Source: Camelus ferus (taxonomy: Eukaryota). Taken from it: DNA of 64,000 bases. The number at the start of each line of letters is the position of its first letter. The first letter of the stretch is position 1. Below, piece by piece: positions 13,069-25,800 of this stretch. The translations under genes and the position numbers were made by a program. The stretch covers positions 12,712,001 through 12,776,000 of the forward strand of contig NC_045697.1 of assembly GCF_009834535.1 (NCBI RefSeq), in the 5' to 3' direction. The notes beneath the pieces are model-generated. The model worked only from the letters and a program-made list of their open reading frames with translations, did no database searches and was not told where the DNA came from.

Positions 13069-14830
13069 GGGGCCAGTGGTGAAGAAAATCAAGATCACGT
13101 CTGCCTGCACAGAGTTTAAGGCATTAAACAAACACATGTAATCATTTAATGAACATTTATTGACTGCTGACTATATGTAAGCACTATATTAGGTATTGGA
13201 TAATTAAAGCTAAACTAAGTAGATATTATCTCTGCCCTTGTGGGGTTTATATGGACCAGTGGTGAAGAGAGATGATAAACAGTTAGGCAAACAAAAATAT
13301 AAGTACAAGTTCAATGAATTCCTGAAGGGAATTTTGGGGGAGCATTAGAGAGAATGATGGAGCTTGGTGAGCAAAGAAACCTGTCTGAAAAATGATGCTT
13401 AGTTGAGAGTTGAATAATGACAGGGTGTAGCCAGGCTGTGTACTGATTATTCTGTATTCATTCTGTTATTATATGTTTACTTTTCAAGGTGTTTACAGAA
13501 TTTATGCAAATTTTAGTTCTGAATTGAGAAGGATATAATCAATTTGAATGGTGGGAGATATTAATTTATTAAATCTGCATAGTTTTGGATTATGAGTTGT
13601 GTAAGAAATTTGTGAATATTTAGAGAATATGAACTATGTAATAATTAATTAGTTGAACTGAGGAAAAAATAGTAACTTGTTCTTCATACTAGCAAGTCGG
13701 GACTAACATAGAAGTCATCTCCAAAGAGCTAACTAAGACAGAAGTCTTCCCAGGAGATTGTACACTTCTTCACGTGCCTACATTAATAGTACACACTACC
13801 CTGTGTAGCTGTTCAGTTCAGCATATCTATCCATTAATTTATTTACTCCCCTTTATGCATTTGTACATATATACAACTCATTCATATGTTTATTAAGCAT
13901 TCATCAAGTGCCTGCTTTAATGCCAGGTACAATAATGGCATATGATATAGAAAACCAAATAAAACAGGGGCCCTGTTATCAAGGAACATTCATCAGAGGA
14001 AGTCAGGGATAAATGAATCTGTTATTACAGACAGCATAGGAATTTCTGTAACAGAGCTAACCTGGAAGGGTTTGGGGGCACAACAGAGAGGCGTCTTAAT
14101 CAGTCAAGAGGAACAGGAGAGACCTTCTGGAGAAAGGTTCCCTTGCATTGAATTTGTCCTTAAGAACATTGCAGGGAGAGGCAAAGCATAGCCAAAGACT
14201 CAGAAACAGCACCGATATGGGCCATTCATGAAATAACAAATAGGTTAGTTGTACTGGAGCAAAGGGCTTATTTATTCCAAGTGATCAGCACCTACTGTGT
14301 GCAAGATCCTTTGGTAAGATGGTGCTTACAGGGCTTCACACAGGATGCAGGGCTGCACAAGAAAGATGTTGATCCCATGCTCTTGGCATTTATAGATTTT
14401 TAGGGAATGGCAAAGAGGAATTAGAAAATCAGACAGGGGACCAATTATTAGGGGCTTTATGCATTAAGCTAAAGTATCTACATTTTATCCTGATTAAGTA
14501 AGGGAATTATAGGGTCAACTTAACTTTATCTAAGAAAGATCAACCTAGCTGTAGTGCAGAAGATGGACTGAGGATGTGACAGTGTTCAAAATTTGACATA
14601 AGAAGAGTGACTGGGAGACTTCTAAGGATCAAGGCAAGAACTGATGGATGCCTGAACTAAGGCAGGAAGATGTGGTGGATGAGATTAATTTAAAGACGTT
14701 AGGGAGGTAAAATCTATAGACCTTTTGGACCAATTAGCTCTGGGGAATGAGACAAAGGAGTTAAGGGTAACTCATGATATTCAGACTTGGGAGGCTGAGT
14801 GAATGTTGTAATTTCTCAAAACTGGGAATC
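12310..14830 (-). mobile_element. Cluster of L2 fragments (several separate copies)
   Basis: Repeated antisense L2 3' ends ('ttcattcagcaaatatttattag', 'catttaatgaacatttattgactg', 'ctcattcatatgtttattaagc') and body text ('ggactttgagctttattctaag', 'aagatcaacctagctgtagtgcagaagatggactg'). Confidence 0.75.
13017..13066. repeat. (TG)n microsatellite, about 15 units at 13036-13066, with its left flank
   Basis: Direct reading 'tgtgtgtgtg...' in line 13021. Confidence 0.9.
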
Positions 14831-17800
14831 CTAGAAACACAGGTGTTAGAATGAATCTGTAATCTTGTACATTTATGTATTACAATGTTTTTATGAAATT
14901 AAGAGCTCCTTGCAGATAGGAAGCCCTTCTTAGCCCTTCCTTATAACTTCACATCTGGCCACACCATAAGCAGTCTTTCTGTTCACATTATAAACTCAAT
15001 AATCATGCCATAAGTTGAGAATTAGATTTTTCTTCTCTTGAAGAGAAGAATTTGGATGCTCTTTTGTACACTTCAAATGAAAAGAGAGGATGCTTTTTGG
15101 CAATTTACTGAGAAAAGGACATCAAGTATATAAGCTAGAAGCAGGAAAAGTTCTTTATCTCTGAATTACATATCATAGAAAGGTGTAAAAAACTTTTCAT
15201 GTCTCTAAATAAATACTGCTTCTTATTTTTTCTCATATATAAACTTCAAAAGATTTTTCATCACTTACCATTAAAAGGTAATGCTATTCTACTTCACAAT
15301 CCATAATCTCCCCCTATCCTTATCGATCCATAGATTAGAAGAACAGTTCCTCACAGTCCCGCAGCCTTCTCTCTCAAGAAATCACCTCTCAATGAAAGAA
15401 GAAAAGGTATCAGTGTCAAGGAGACGCAGCACCCAAGGAACCCACAGGAAATGCTTCAGTAAAGGTTGTACAGGGAAGGATCAAGCAAAGCCAGTGTGAG
15501 CAGTGAATGTTTTACTGATCTCCAGTGTCCTATGCTGAGTCTCCCACCTCCTCCAGACACACCTCCACTTTGGTCGAATGTTTTCATCTCCCTTCTACAC
15601 CCTTCTATTTAGGCCAGTGGAGCAGACACAGTCAAGCTGAGATGTGCAGGTGCTGAGCACAACAGCAGGCTAACAAGGGAGCACACAGGGAGCTTGAGGC
15701 TAACGGGGAGCTCAAGTCAGCCAAGTAGTCTTTCTTGACTATCAGCTCTGGGTGGAGGTTATGCGTTTGTGAAGGTAAAGAAAACATATCTAAGACAACG
15801 AATCTACTTTCGAGGCACTTACAGTTTGCATGCTGAGTCTGAACAAGTGAAAGGATGGCCAGTAAACGTGTATGTGGAATCATTCTTATGAGACCACTTA
15901 GTAAACTCTCCCCCAGAGCTTATTTGCCTACCCCAATGAGGATGATCATTTTTACTTTTTCATTTATTTAAGAATTGAGAGGGAAGAGTCTAAACATTAC
16001 ACAATGTCTGAATTATGATAAAGACACTAAATACAAAAATAGAATTTCTTAAAGCCTTTCTGTAGCATGACATCATAATGGTATCGATTGTACCACAGCC
16101 CATTTAATGTCACGGGGGACGAGGTTTGCTCCTTTTAATCATCTAGAAGTGAGCATCGTGGTGTGTGCTGCAATGACAAGGATGCCTTTCTCTTAAAGGC
16201 TGTTTTGCAGAGAGAACTGCAGCTTAAGGCAGAAGAGCGCTATTTGATACGGGGCCCCAGGCAAGAGAAGACATCAAAGGGTCCCGAATCTAGACACAGC
16301 TGGACACTTCCATGGCTCTGCCCTGAGAGTCCATGATGCTTGCAAAGTGCACCAAGGGCACATCTGCACACATGTCCAGCCTTTCCCCATTGAAGTTTTA
16401 TGGGGCTTGTAATGTCAAGATTCATGAATTTCAGGGACTGTACTTGTCCTTGGATCAGATTTGGAAGCAGCTTTTGATCAGTGAAGTGAAACAATTAATT
16501 ATAATAAATAATGCTACTAGGAGTCCTCACATACAGCTGATGGAGGAGGGGAGCCAAAGAAATAAAGCTGGTCCCTGACAGAACCTCAGCCTCTGGCTGT
16601 CTGGATCAGATCCTGTCTGGCTACGGCACCCATGGCCCACTGAGCCCTGGGTGAAAGGCCTGGTTGCTCCGTCTTCTCATTCGGTGGGGAGTATCCAGTT
16701 CTAGTGGGTGGAGGGGGTGATAGAAGGAGGTCAAAAGGAGCAGAGGGGAATGCAAAATGTCTTCCTATTCATCTGTATTTCATTGCTTTGTGCCCTGAAG
16801 CACATGATTTAATTATTTTCATCACTGCCTCAGCTTCCTCGGCTACTGATCTCATTGAGGGCAATAAAATTATTCAGCCTTTACAAAAAATGCAGCCATA
16901 ATAATTTTTGACTGGATGAATAGCTAAGGCTATAAAATCATCTCCCTGGATGACCACATCCAATTGAAAACACCACCCCAGGTTTTTCTCAACAGTGAAA
17001 GTAAAACATAACGTCGCAGGAGAGAAGTACCCTGCCTGTGATTTTCATAACAGATGCTGGTTATCTGCTGTCTACAGCTTTCATTCACCATCTCTTATCC
17101 ACACAAGAATTCTCTCTGCAGGTCTTATTATCCTCAGACTAAAAGGGCGGAAAGTGACACTCAAAGACCTTGACATAGGTTGGCTTCCCCCAAGGGAGCT
17201 TGAGAAAACCCTGAGTGAGTGTGTTGAGTTGCCGTTGGAAGGTGTATGTGGAAGGGGCAGGGGTGGAGCTGGAGGGTGGGCCAGAAACGAGTGCTTGTGG
17301 TCCATACGAAAACAAATCGAAAGATAAAGCTGGATCGGAAATGCTACAAATGGAAAGGAATGGGGGCAGGGGGCTGAGGAGAAGAGAGATATCAGGAATA
17401 AACCATAAGGTCCTGGGATTCCTCTGAAAGTCTAACTGCCTTGAAAGGTCACAGAAGAAGGTTCTGGCTCTGTCGGGAGCTGAGAGCCTTCCCTCTGAAT
17501 TTGTATGTGCTTTTTAACGTATGGGTATATGTGCGTGTATATTTTAGTTTAACCTCCTTTATTTTTGTGATTTCTTTGTTAAAAATGCTTTCAGGATCCA
17601 AATCTTGGCTTGCTGTAGATTTGAACAAGCTAATCGTAAGGCTGGCTCTTATCTGAAACTGGGGGCAAAGAGAGTGCTATTTCCCAAGCAGCTGCAAGGA
17701 ACAGACGTACGTGCAACCCTCAGCACAGGGGCTTTTTAAAGTAAATACATAGTAAGTCAATAATTATTTATTTGTTGATTTACCTAGCCTCTTTCCTTTG

Positions 17801-18499
17801 TACTTGCTTACTTGCTTACTTCCTTAAACCCACCATATTTCAGGGTTTGAAATATGTGTTATTTGCTGTTGCACAGGACCCACCACATAGAAAGGATTGT
17901 GTTAGATGCAGTGACGAGTGTCTGTGTGTGTGTGTATGTGAGAATCAGGTATGGTGGGTCCTTTTGAAAGTGTGTTTAACTGGTGTGATGGCAAGACTGT
18001 TCCAAAAATGTAGTGTCTTCCCAATGATATTTCACCAGCCGTATGCAGGTGTACAAGGTAGGTACAGGGTGCCAGAGTGATAACCAGCAGGACCTGAAAG
18101 TATTATCATCTCTGCCCAAACGATGAGCGGGTTGAGCTATGGATGAAGTGTGCCTAGTTGGTTTCACCCAAAGTCAGATGGAGTGGGTTTTCTGTTAAGT
18201 GTCTAGCCGGAGAGGCATGGCTGCCCACTGATTTTTAATAAACTGGTAGCTGAGAGTTTAAAAAAATTTTTGTGTGTGTGTGACTTTTATGTTACTAGTC
18301 CTTCCCAAGTGAAGTTTGGCTTTAATAGAAAATATATTCACTGTCACCCACTGCAAAAGTGTTAACAACACTCTGTGTAATTTCACTGTCTTTCAGAGGT
18401 TACAAAAAGTCTGGCTGAGTGGGCCATCAATACCTGAGCGCTGTCAGGCTGCTGATGGGGAGTGATGACGAGGACAGAGGACGGGTTTTAGTGTTGGGT

Positions 18500-18690
18500 G
18501 GTGGCTCTCAATCTTAATTTCACCACTTACCAATTGTGTGACCTTGGGCAAATGACTTGATCTTACTGAGCCTGAGTTTCCTTATCTTATGAAATTAACA
18601 CCTAGCTCCCAGAGGTGCTGTAAAGATTAAATGGGGTGAAGCACATTAAATGTCCATCACGCTATCTGGACTTGATTAAATGCATCATCA
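18500..18690 (+). mobile_element. MIR SINE
   Basis: 'caccacttaccaattgtgtgaccttgggcaaatgacttgatcttactgagcctgagtttccttatc...gtaaagattaaatg'. Confidence 0.85.
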
Positions 18691-19151
18691 GCATGAGACC
18701 AGTTGCCAGTTCCCCTGGGATACTAATGGCAGATTCAAGCCTCGGGTAGGGGGTTGGACGAAATGATCTTTAAGTAACTGTCCAACCCTGAGATTCTATG
18801 ACACTAAGGTTACAAACTCTGAGGGAACACCGAGAAATAATGCCTTCAGTTGCTGGTATGCTACCTTTCCCTGCCTTCCGTAAATCATTGCGGGGCTGGG
18901 AGCACCAGGCAGCCAACCTCTCAGGGCTTGACATTTCTCAAGTGTTAATGGGATGGTCCCCTTTATGTGATAATGGTGAGAAATGATTGCTGATATTTTA
19001 AAATAAAGGGCACTATATGTTCATAAGCAATTAATCAGGAAGTTTTTGCCACACAAGAATGGATTGAAATTACAGTGGGAAAACAGAGTCCAGGGTTTGG
19101 AGTCCAAGATGGCTATGTTCAGATTCCAGTTCCTCCAATGGGACAGTGACT

Positions 19152-19297
19152 ATTATTTTTTTTTCCACTTTAACCATCTTGTTTTGGGGGGAAGGAGGAA
19201 GTAATTAGGCTTATTTATTTATTTATTAATGGGGGCACTGGAACTAGAACCCAGGACCTCATGCTTGCTAAGCACCCACTGAGCTATACCCTCCCTC
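19152..19297 (-). mobile_element. Vic-1-type camelid tRNA-derived SINE inserted in a MIR (MIR about 19070-19400)
   Basis: Antisense tRNA head 'gaacccaggacctcatgcttgctaagcacccactgagctataccctccc' plus 'gtaattaggcttatttattt' body; MIR text on both sides. Confidence 0.75.
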
Positions 19298-19639
19298 ACC
19301 AACCAGTATCTTTAACTTCTACTTCCTTTATTACTAAAATGGTAATGATAATCTCCACCAACTGCGTCTTACGTGGATTCAGCTAAATAAAGCACATAAA
19401 AGTATCTCCAATGAAAAAAAATAAGATAAAAAATATAGAAAATAAAAAGTAAATAGGATACATAAAGCTCCTGGCAACTAAAATTATGATATTGAAAGAT
19501 TGGATTAACAGAACAATCACAGTTAGTGTTAGACACTGGACACCTCAGTTTGTAAGTTTGCTAACAATGTGAGGATAAGTACTCAATATATCTGTTTGCC
19601 AGAGTTTAAATGTATTGTTTCTTTCTTTCTTTCTTTAGA

Positions 19640-19859
19640 ATTGGATTACACAAAGTTTGTCTGTAAAGGGCCAAATAGTTAATAGTATATGTTTTGCTGG
19701 CCATATGGTCCCTGTCACAGCTACTCAATTCCACTGCAGTGTGAAGATAGTCACAGACAGTGGGTAACTGGGTGGGCATAGCTGTGCTCCAGTAAAACCA
19801 CTCACAAAAACAGGATGCAGGCTGAATTTGGCTCATGGGCCAGAGTTTGCAAACCTGTG
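19640..19859 (+). mobile_element. MER58A-like hAT-Charlie MITE
   Basis: 'tctgtaaagggccaaatagttaatag...ggccatatggtccctgtcacagctactcaattccactg...gaatttggctcatgggccagagtttgcaaacc'. Confidence 0.85.
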
Positions 19860-20084
19860 TTTTAGAACACTGGTGTATCCAACAGTATTTATTAAACATC
19901 TACAATGTGTAAAACATTGTCTTTGAATTGTTTAAGGTATGAAATGAATCAGTGTTTGCATGGAGGAAAAAAAAACTCACAAACTGGAAACAGGTACAAA
20001 AATTTTTTTATTACTACAGAGTAATTGGCTAGAAGCAGGCTTTAAAAATTGTTGACAATGTCTAAGCAGCTAAATCTTGATTTT

Positions 20085-20280
20085 TGCCAATTTCTCACTA
20101 TGTGACTTTGAGCAAATAATTCAAGGATTTTAAGCATCGATTTGCTCTGTATCTATCAAATGGAGATAACAGTATGTCCTTCACAGAGTTTTGTGGGAGA
20201 ATTAAACAAGATAACACACACAGAGCACACAGCACACTGGCGCATAGTAAGCAGTAAATACATGCTAATTATCATCATTC
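20085..20280 (+). mobile_element. MIR SINE
   Basis: 'ctatgtgactttgagcaaataa...atctatcaaatggagataacagta...ttgtgggagaattaaac...ctggcgcatagtaagcagtaaata'. Confidence 0.8.
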
Positions 20281-21454
20281 AGAAGATTGAAGGGTATGAC
20301 TTGTCACTCCAAGCGTGCAATCCCTACACAAGCCACAGTGTGCTAAACCTTGGTCTTGCTCTCTGGTCCAACTTCTTAAATCCTACTCATCTTTAAGGAC
20401 CATGAGCAGGTATCTCTTTCTTTGGGAAGACTTCACCACAATCACAGAATTGTTATAATACACAGTCTTTACCTGTATTCATAATCTAATTTCTGCCATT
20501 TTTTAAGCATCATGATCATGAACTTCCCTTTACAGAATCGGTCCCTGCCTTTTACCACTCTCTGAGCACTCTTTGTAGTGTAGTATTGTGTAGCACATAG
20601 TTCTCAGCAGAAAATACTGAGGTACGATTCTATTGGTGTTAAAACACTGTGTCTTCCTACCTCGTCACAGTAATCGCTTGCCATCAACATCTTCACATTC
20701 TCTGTTTTTGCTGGTCTGTAAAGGATATTAGGATACAACCGATGAGGTTTAAATGTTCTCTACATATATCCAGGATTGTTGTCAATAATGCATCTTTATC
20801 AATTTAATCCTAAGAGGGTTCACTCCCTACAATGAAGTTCCATAACATGTCTACTCCTTATTTTGCTCAACCTTTAGGCTCTGCTGTCTAAAATCAACAG
20901 TTTTGCTTTCTCAGGCTCACTGACATTTGGGAAATAATTCTACAACTTCATTGTTGTTAGGTTGAGCCATAAAATTTACATTTTTGATGTAGGTCAAATG
21001 GTTGAATATTAAAAATTTCATGTGAATCAACCTAAGGCTATGGCTATCATCATCATTATATAGTGATTGTACTTTGATTACAGTTAAGATGCAAATGAAT
21101 TCCTGCTGTAGAGCAGAAATATTGATGTCATGATTTTTATTGTGTATTGCAATTAAGTATCTATCTCTTTCAGCTCTATGCAACAACTTAATCACTGTTT
21201 AATCATTTCACATTCAATAATATATAGATACTTTACATACAGACAGGTAGTCAGTTTATTGATTCAACAGTAATTATATGATATCTACAACACACTTTCA
21301 TGTTTTAATGCCAAGCTAAGCAAAGAAAGGTCATGTGTTCTTGGAAGCACATAATGGGTTGAAAAATATGGGGAAGAAGTGAGAAAGGAGTAAATTCTAG
21401 GTAAACATATAGGATAATTTGACTAAATCATTCTAGAAGACTAAAGGTAGATTT

Positions 21455-22428
21455 AATAGGTTACATAAATGGCTCCAGTTTTTCACTTAACCCTGTATCT
21501 ACATCATTTGTGAAGTAACTTTGCAGCTTCAGCCATCAACAAGTGAGATTTGCTCACCCCTTAATTTTGGGCTGGACTTGCAACTTGCTTCGGTCAACAG
21601 CAGACAGCAGAAGTGGTGTGTGTCACGTTTGGACTTAGGCTCTGGGGAACTTTTCCCACATCAACTTGCTCTTGATGGGGTTCAGGACATGCTACCCCAA
21701 ATTATGGTACCTTGGCATGTTGAATATTTTAAGCTGAAGAAGTCGGAGGAAACAGCAGAAGCAGGAAGTTCACTCTGACCCCCTCCTCCTTCACCCTTCT
21801 TACCTGAAACAGATTATAAAACCCTCACATGAGAGGTGCACTTCCTACACCCAGAGGAAAAGAGCATCCTTATCTCTGAAAACAAAGGGATGCCAAGAAG
21901 AATCCTCACAAACAGATCTTGCTAAATTTCCCTCAGTTAAGTACAACTGCCTCATACTCTTAACCTATCATATATTTCCACAGTGATCCACTCTACACCA
22001 AACCGAGCTGAAAATACAGCTCTGTTTCTGTGGGTCATCATTTCCTTACAGAGACTCCCTTGTCTCATAAAACTTATACTAAGCAATTGTGTATGCTGCT
22101 CTCCTGTTAATCTGTCTTTGTTGGTTTCATTTTCAGACTCAAAGAGGGCCCCTTAGTGGATTAAGGAAAACTTTTTCCTTCTCTACAATTTCACAGAATC
22201 TTGCTCAGTTTCCCTTCCAACAGCCCAGCTTGACCTGCCGGATGGGAGTGTAACTGAGCCGTCCCTGACCACCCAGCCGCTGTCTCACCTGGCAGCCGGC
22301 TGCAGACACAAGGAGGCTTAATGTCCCCCAGCTGAGCCCTGCCCAGACTGCTGAACCACAGATCATGAGCCCGATGAGCCCTCAAGCTTTGGGGGTGATT
22401 TGTTAAACAGAAAATGATCACTGATACA
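21455..22428 (+). mobile_element. MLT1 (MaLR) LTR split by an ERV1 LTR
   Basis: 5' part 'aaatggctccag...gggctggacttgcaacttgcttcggtcaacag'; 3' part ends 'gggggtgatttgttaaacagaaaatgatcactgataca', typical of MLT1. Confidence 0.75.
21673..22187 (+). mobile_element. ERV1 solo LTR (MER34/MER39-like)
   Basis: TG...CA ends; 'tgatggggttcaggacatgctaccccaaattatggtaccttggcatgttgaatattttaagctgaag' to 'aaaactttttccttctctaca'. Confidence 0.8.
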
Positions 22429-22969
22429 CAGCTTTCAGAGAGGAAGTTAGATCTTAGCTAGTTCTTAAAATGAAATAAGAGACTGCCAGATGAAGAAGAG
22501 GGAATAGGGAATTGGAGGCAGGGCAAATATTGACAAACAGGCTTAGATTCATGAAAAGGCTTCTTTTATTCTAAGAAAGTGAGACATCCAGTAAGTCAGG
22601 ATCATACTAATTGTATGTTGTAGACCATAGAATGTGTGTGTGTGCATGCAGGTGTAAGCATGGTTATGCATGTCTGGGAAATTGGGAGGGTATGATGCAA
22701 AATGCATCTGGGAATCAAAAAAGCCTTATAGACCAAGCTTATGAAATGATTTGCATCTCATGTGTTTTTCCTGCTGATCTGTAAACTCTTTGATTTGGGG
22801 AAAAAGAATTGGAGCATAAAAAGGGAGAGCAACTAGTGACTGAGAGATCGCCACACGCCGGATGCCTTGCTGGGTGCCTTGTACACCTATCATCAACTCT
22901 GAGAGGATTCCTATCACTTTTAGGGGTATTGGGCTAATTTGTGGAAAGAGAAACAGTCTTAGAGGGAGG

Positions 22970-23095
22970 CAGAGAGACCATACCCCCTGGTTTGTCAGAC
23001 AGTCCTGACTTACACCTGTTGTCTCAGCTGACGACACCATATCTTTCACTGTCAAAAAGTCTGCCTTTGGATGACAAGTTATTTTGTTGATCCTA
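22970..23095 (+). mobile_element. MER94-like hAT-Blackjack MITE
   Basis: 'gaccataccccctggtttgtcagacagtcctgacttacacctgttgtc...tttggatgacaagttattttgttgatccta'. Confidence 0.65.
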
Positions 23096-24349
23096 CTTAG
23101 AAGTCATATAAATGGCCTAGATTTTGCACAGTTTAATAAGTGACGGACCTGAGGTTTGAACCTGCAAGGCATATTAATATTAATTATTATATTAAAATGA
23201 TAATACATCTCAGAATGTTTGGCACATACAGGTATATTAAATATTTGCTCAACATTTTGTTTTTATAAGAACTTGGGCATGAACATTTTTATCTTGTGAA
23301 TGCATCTCTGGCATAATAATTTGAGTTGAGAGAAAACTTGCCTCAATTTATAGAAAATCAAATGGTAATAAGAATATATCTCTTATGCAAATTCAGATTC
23401 ACCTATATTGACAAAAAGAAGAGACTTTTAAAAATGATAGTTTATGGAACATGAAAAACGTATACAGATGTGTGTATGGTGTATGTGAAGGGGCAGAAAG
23501 TTCAACCATTTTCAATCATCTCCTGACCACACTTGAAGACTAATGTTAAATCAGTAGATTTGGCATTGGCTTTGTTCTTAAGTGAGTATCACATCTGCCT
23601 TTTTCTGCCAACCACTGTAATTACGAAGTATATACATTGTAAGCCAATCAAAGCAAAGTTCTGACTCAGAAGATTCAGTGAGGTGTCATGGTACCTGATT
23701 TAAGTTTTGAAAATAGCCTGTGTCCGTTTTCCCCTGTTGGGTCCCATGTGTACCTCTCAGCAAACTTGAGGTTAATTGCTTTGTTCTAGAGTAGGTCAAG
23801 TGTGCTGTCACTCATTTATGACTATATTTTTCCTGGAGCTTTTCAGTATCCAAACTTGTCTTGCTCGATCACACACCACTGATGTTGCACATGATCAGCA
23901 AATTAACACACTGCCCAGACAATTTCCTGTGGTTATTAGGCAGTCTGATCAGAAGCTGCTCTAAGCTTCAGCACAGATGAGTAAGTCTAACTTGAAAACT
24001 CTTTTTAAAAAAATAGTTGAAGCAAAGCTTTTAGCTGTATAGTGTAGAATATAATGTTCCCTTTATAGAGAAGACACATTGGACATGGCATAGGTGTATT
24101 TACATGAAGGATTATAGTTCTGGGAGCCGTGACCTTTAACTGCATGGATTTTAAAGAATCTGTACAGAGAAGGGCTTCAGCATTGGAATTAAATATTCAC
24201 TGATCATCTGCCTGGCTGTCACTGCAGATGTAAGAGTCAGAAATAATTCTCATCCATATGCTAGTGAGGGCAGCACCAAATCAGACCGCCCTGAGTTCAA
24301 ATCTTACATTCCAAACTTACCAAGGACAATTTAATTGACTTGTTTTTGA

Positions 24350-25800
24350 AGACTAAATTTTAATTTTTCAGATTATGAAACATTTAGACTTTGAAAATTT
24401 CACAAAATTCAGAAAAGAGTACAGGAAAAAAATCACCATACAGACTTGGCAACTGTTAAAATGTTAGTTATTTCCTTGAAATCTTTTTAAACTCTCTTTA
24501 TACATCTACGTATAATTATATCATACTTGTGTCTACATTAGATCTGTATAATTGGTACCTTGCTTTTTTACCCCATAACATTAACAAAATGTGCGAAATT
24601 TCTAAGCCATTGATGTTCTTTGAAAACATTTTACTGGCCTCACGCTTTTCAAAGTTACAGATGTGCCATTGTTTACTTAACCCTTTCCCTGTTTATGGAC
24701 ATTTAGATTATCTCTGGTCTTTATGATTATTAACTCTTTGAGGAGTATCTTAATACATTTGTATTTGTATCTCTGATTCTTTCTTCTATTTAGGACATAG
24801 AACTGCTATTACTGGTTTCAAAGTTATGAACTTAAATGACTGTTTTTATATTTATATAGTAATACCTATTCATAATTTTTTAAAGTCAGTAGTTCTGATG
24901 ATTTTATGATTAAAATTGTACTAGATTTTTTTTAAGCCAAAAATGAACCTGGCTTTCTCCTTCTTAAGGGAAATAACTTTCAAAAGCTTTTATTGCTTCT
25001 TATAGTATTTAACATCTTATCAACTAATTACTTACCTATATTGTTATACCATAATTGTTACATCATAAGGTTAGACATCAGTTATCATCCTTCTGATATG
25101 AAGATGAACATTTCTTTCTCTTAAATCTCTTAAATCTCTTTCTCCTCACCATTTCCTCAAACACTTCTCTTCCCTCATTCACCCAATATAATTACAGCAA
25201 GTTGGTTACATCGATATTCAATGTTTATGGCATTATGATTGTGTAACTATTATTCACAGCTGGGTCAAAGTGTATATGTTAGTACATATTTCTAGGAAAG
25301 CTTTGAATTTTTCCTGAAGCTCAGGATTGCCGTTTTTTAAACTGATGAATTTTCTATGTACGAATAACCAATTCATCCCAACATTCTCTAAGAAAACTAT
25401 AAAATAAACAGATAGTCAAATATAATAAGCAAATATATAAGGAAGTACATAGCTTCTATTTTTTATATAGTATACCTCCTGGAGTTCTCAGACCACCTAT
25501 GTAAAAATAGGACACGTTTTCTCAAGGTGATGCCAATTCCTGGCAAACATTAATCTATTCTCTTTCTTCACAATTTTATCATTTCAAGAATGATATACAA
25601 AGAGAATCATACAGTATATAACCTGAGATTTTTTTTTCAGTCATCATAATTCCGTTGAGCTCTGTCTAAGTTGTATAGATCAATACTTTGTTCCTTTTTA
25701 TTACTGAGTAGAGTTCCATGTATGCTCTGTTTAACCATTTACCCATTGAAGGACATCTGGATGGTTTCCAGTTTTTGGTTGCATGGACAGTGATTTCTCC
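24350..25800 (-). mobile_element. Old L1M (L1ME/MC/MB-like) 3' fragments
   Basis: 'gtgccattgtttacttaaccctttccctgtttatggacatttagatt'; 'ttaaccatttacccattgaaggacatctggatggtttccagtttttgg'. Confidence 0.7.

Noticed and set aside
18020..18420. Possible old hAT DNA-transposon fragments
   Set aside because: Resemblance too weak to assign a family or boundaries
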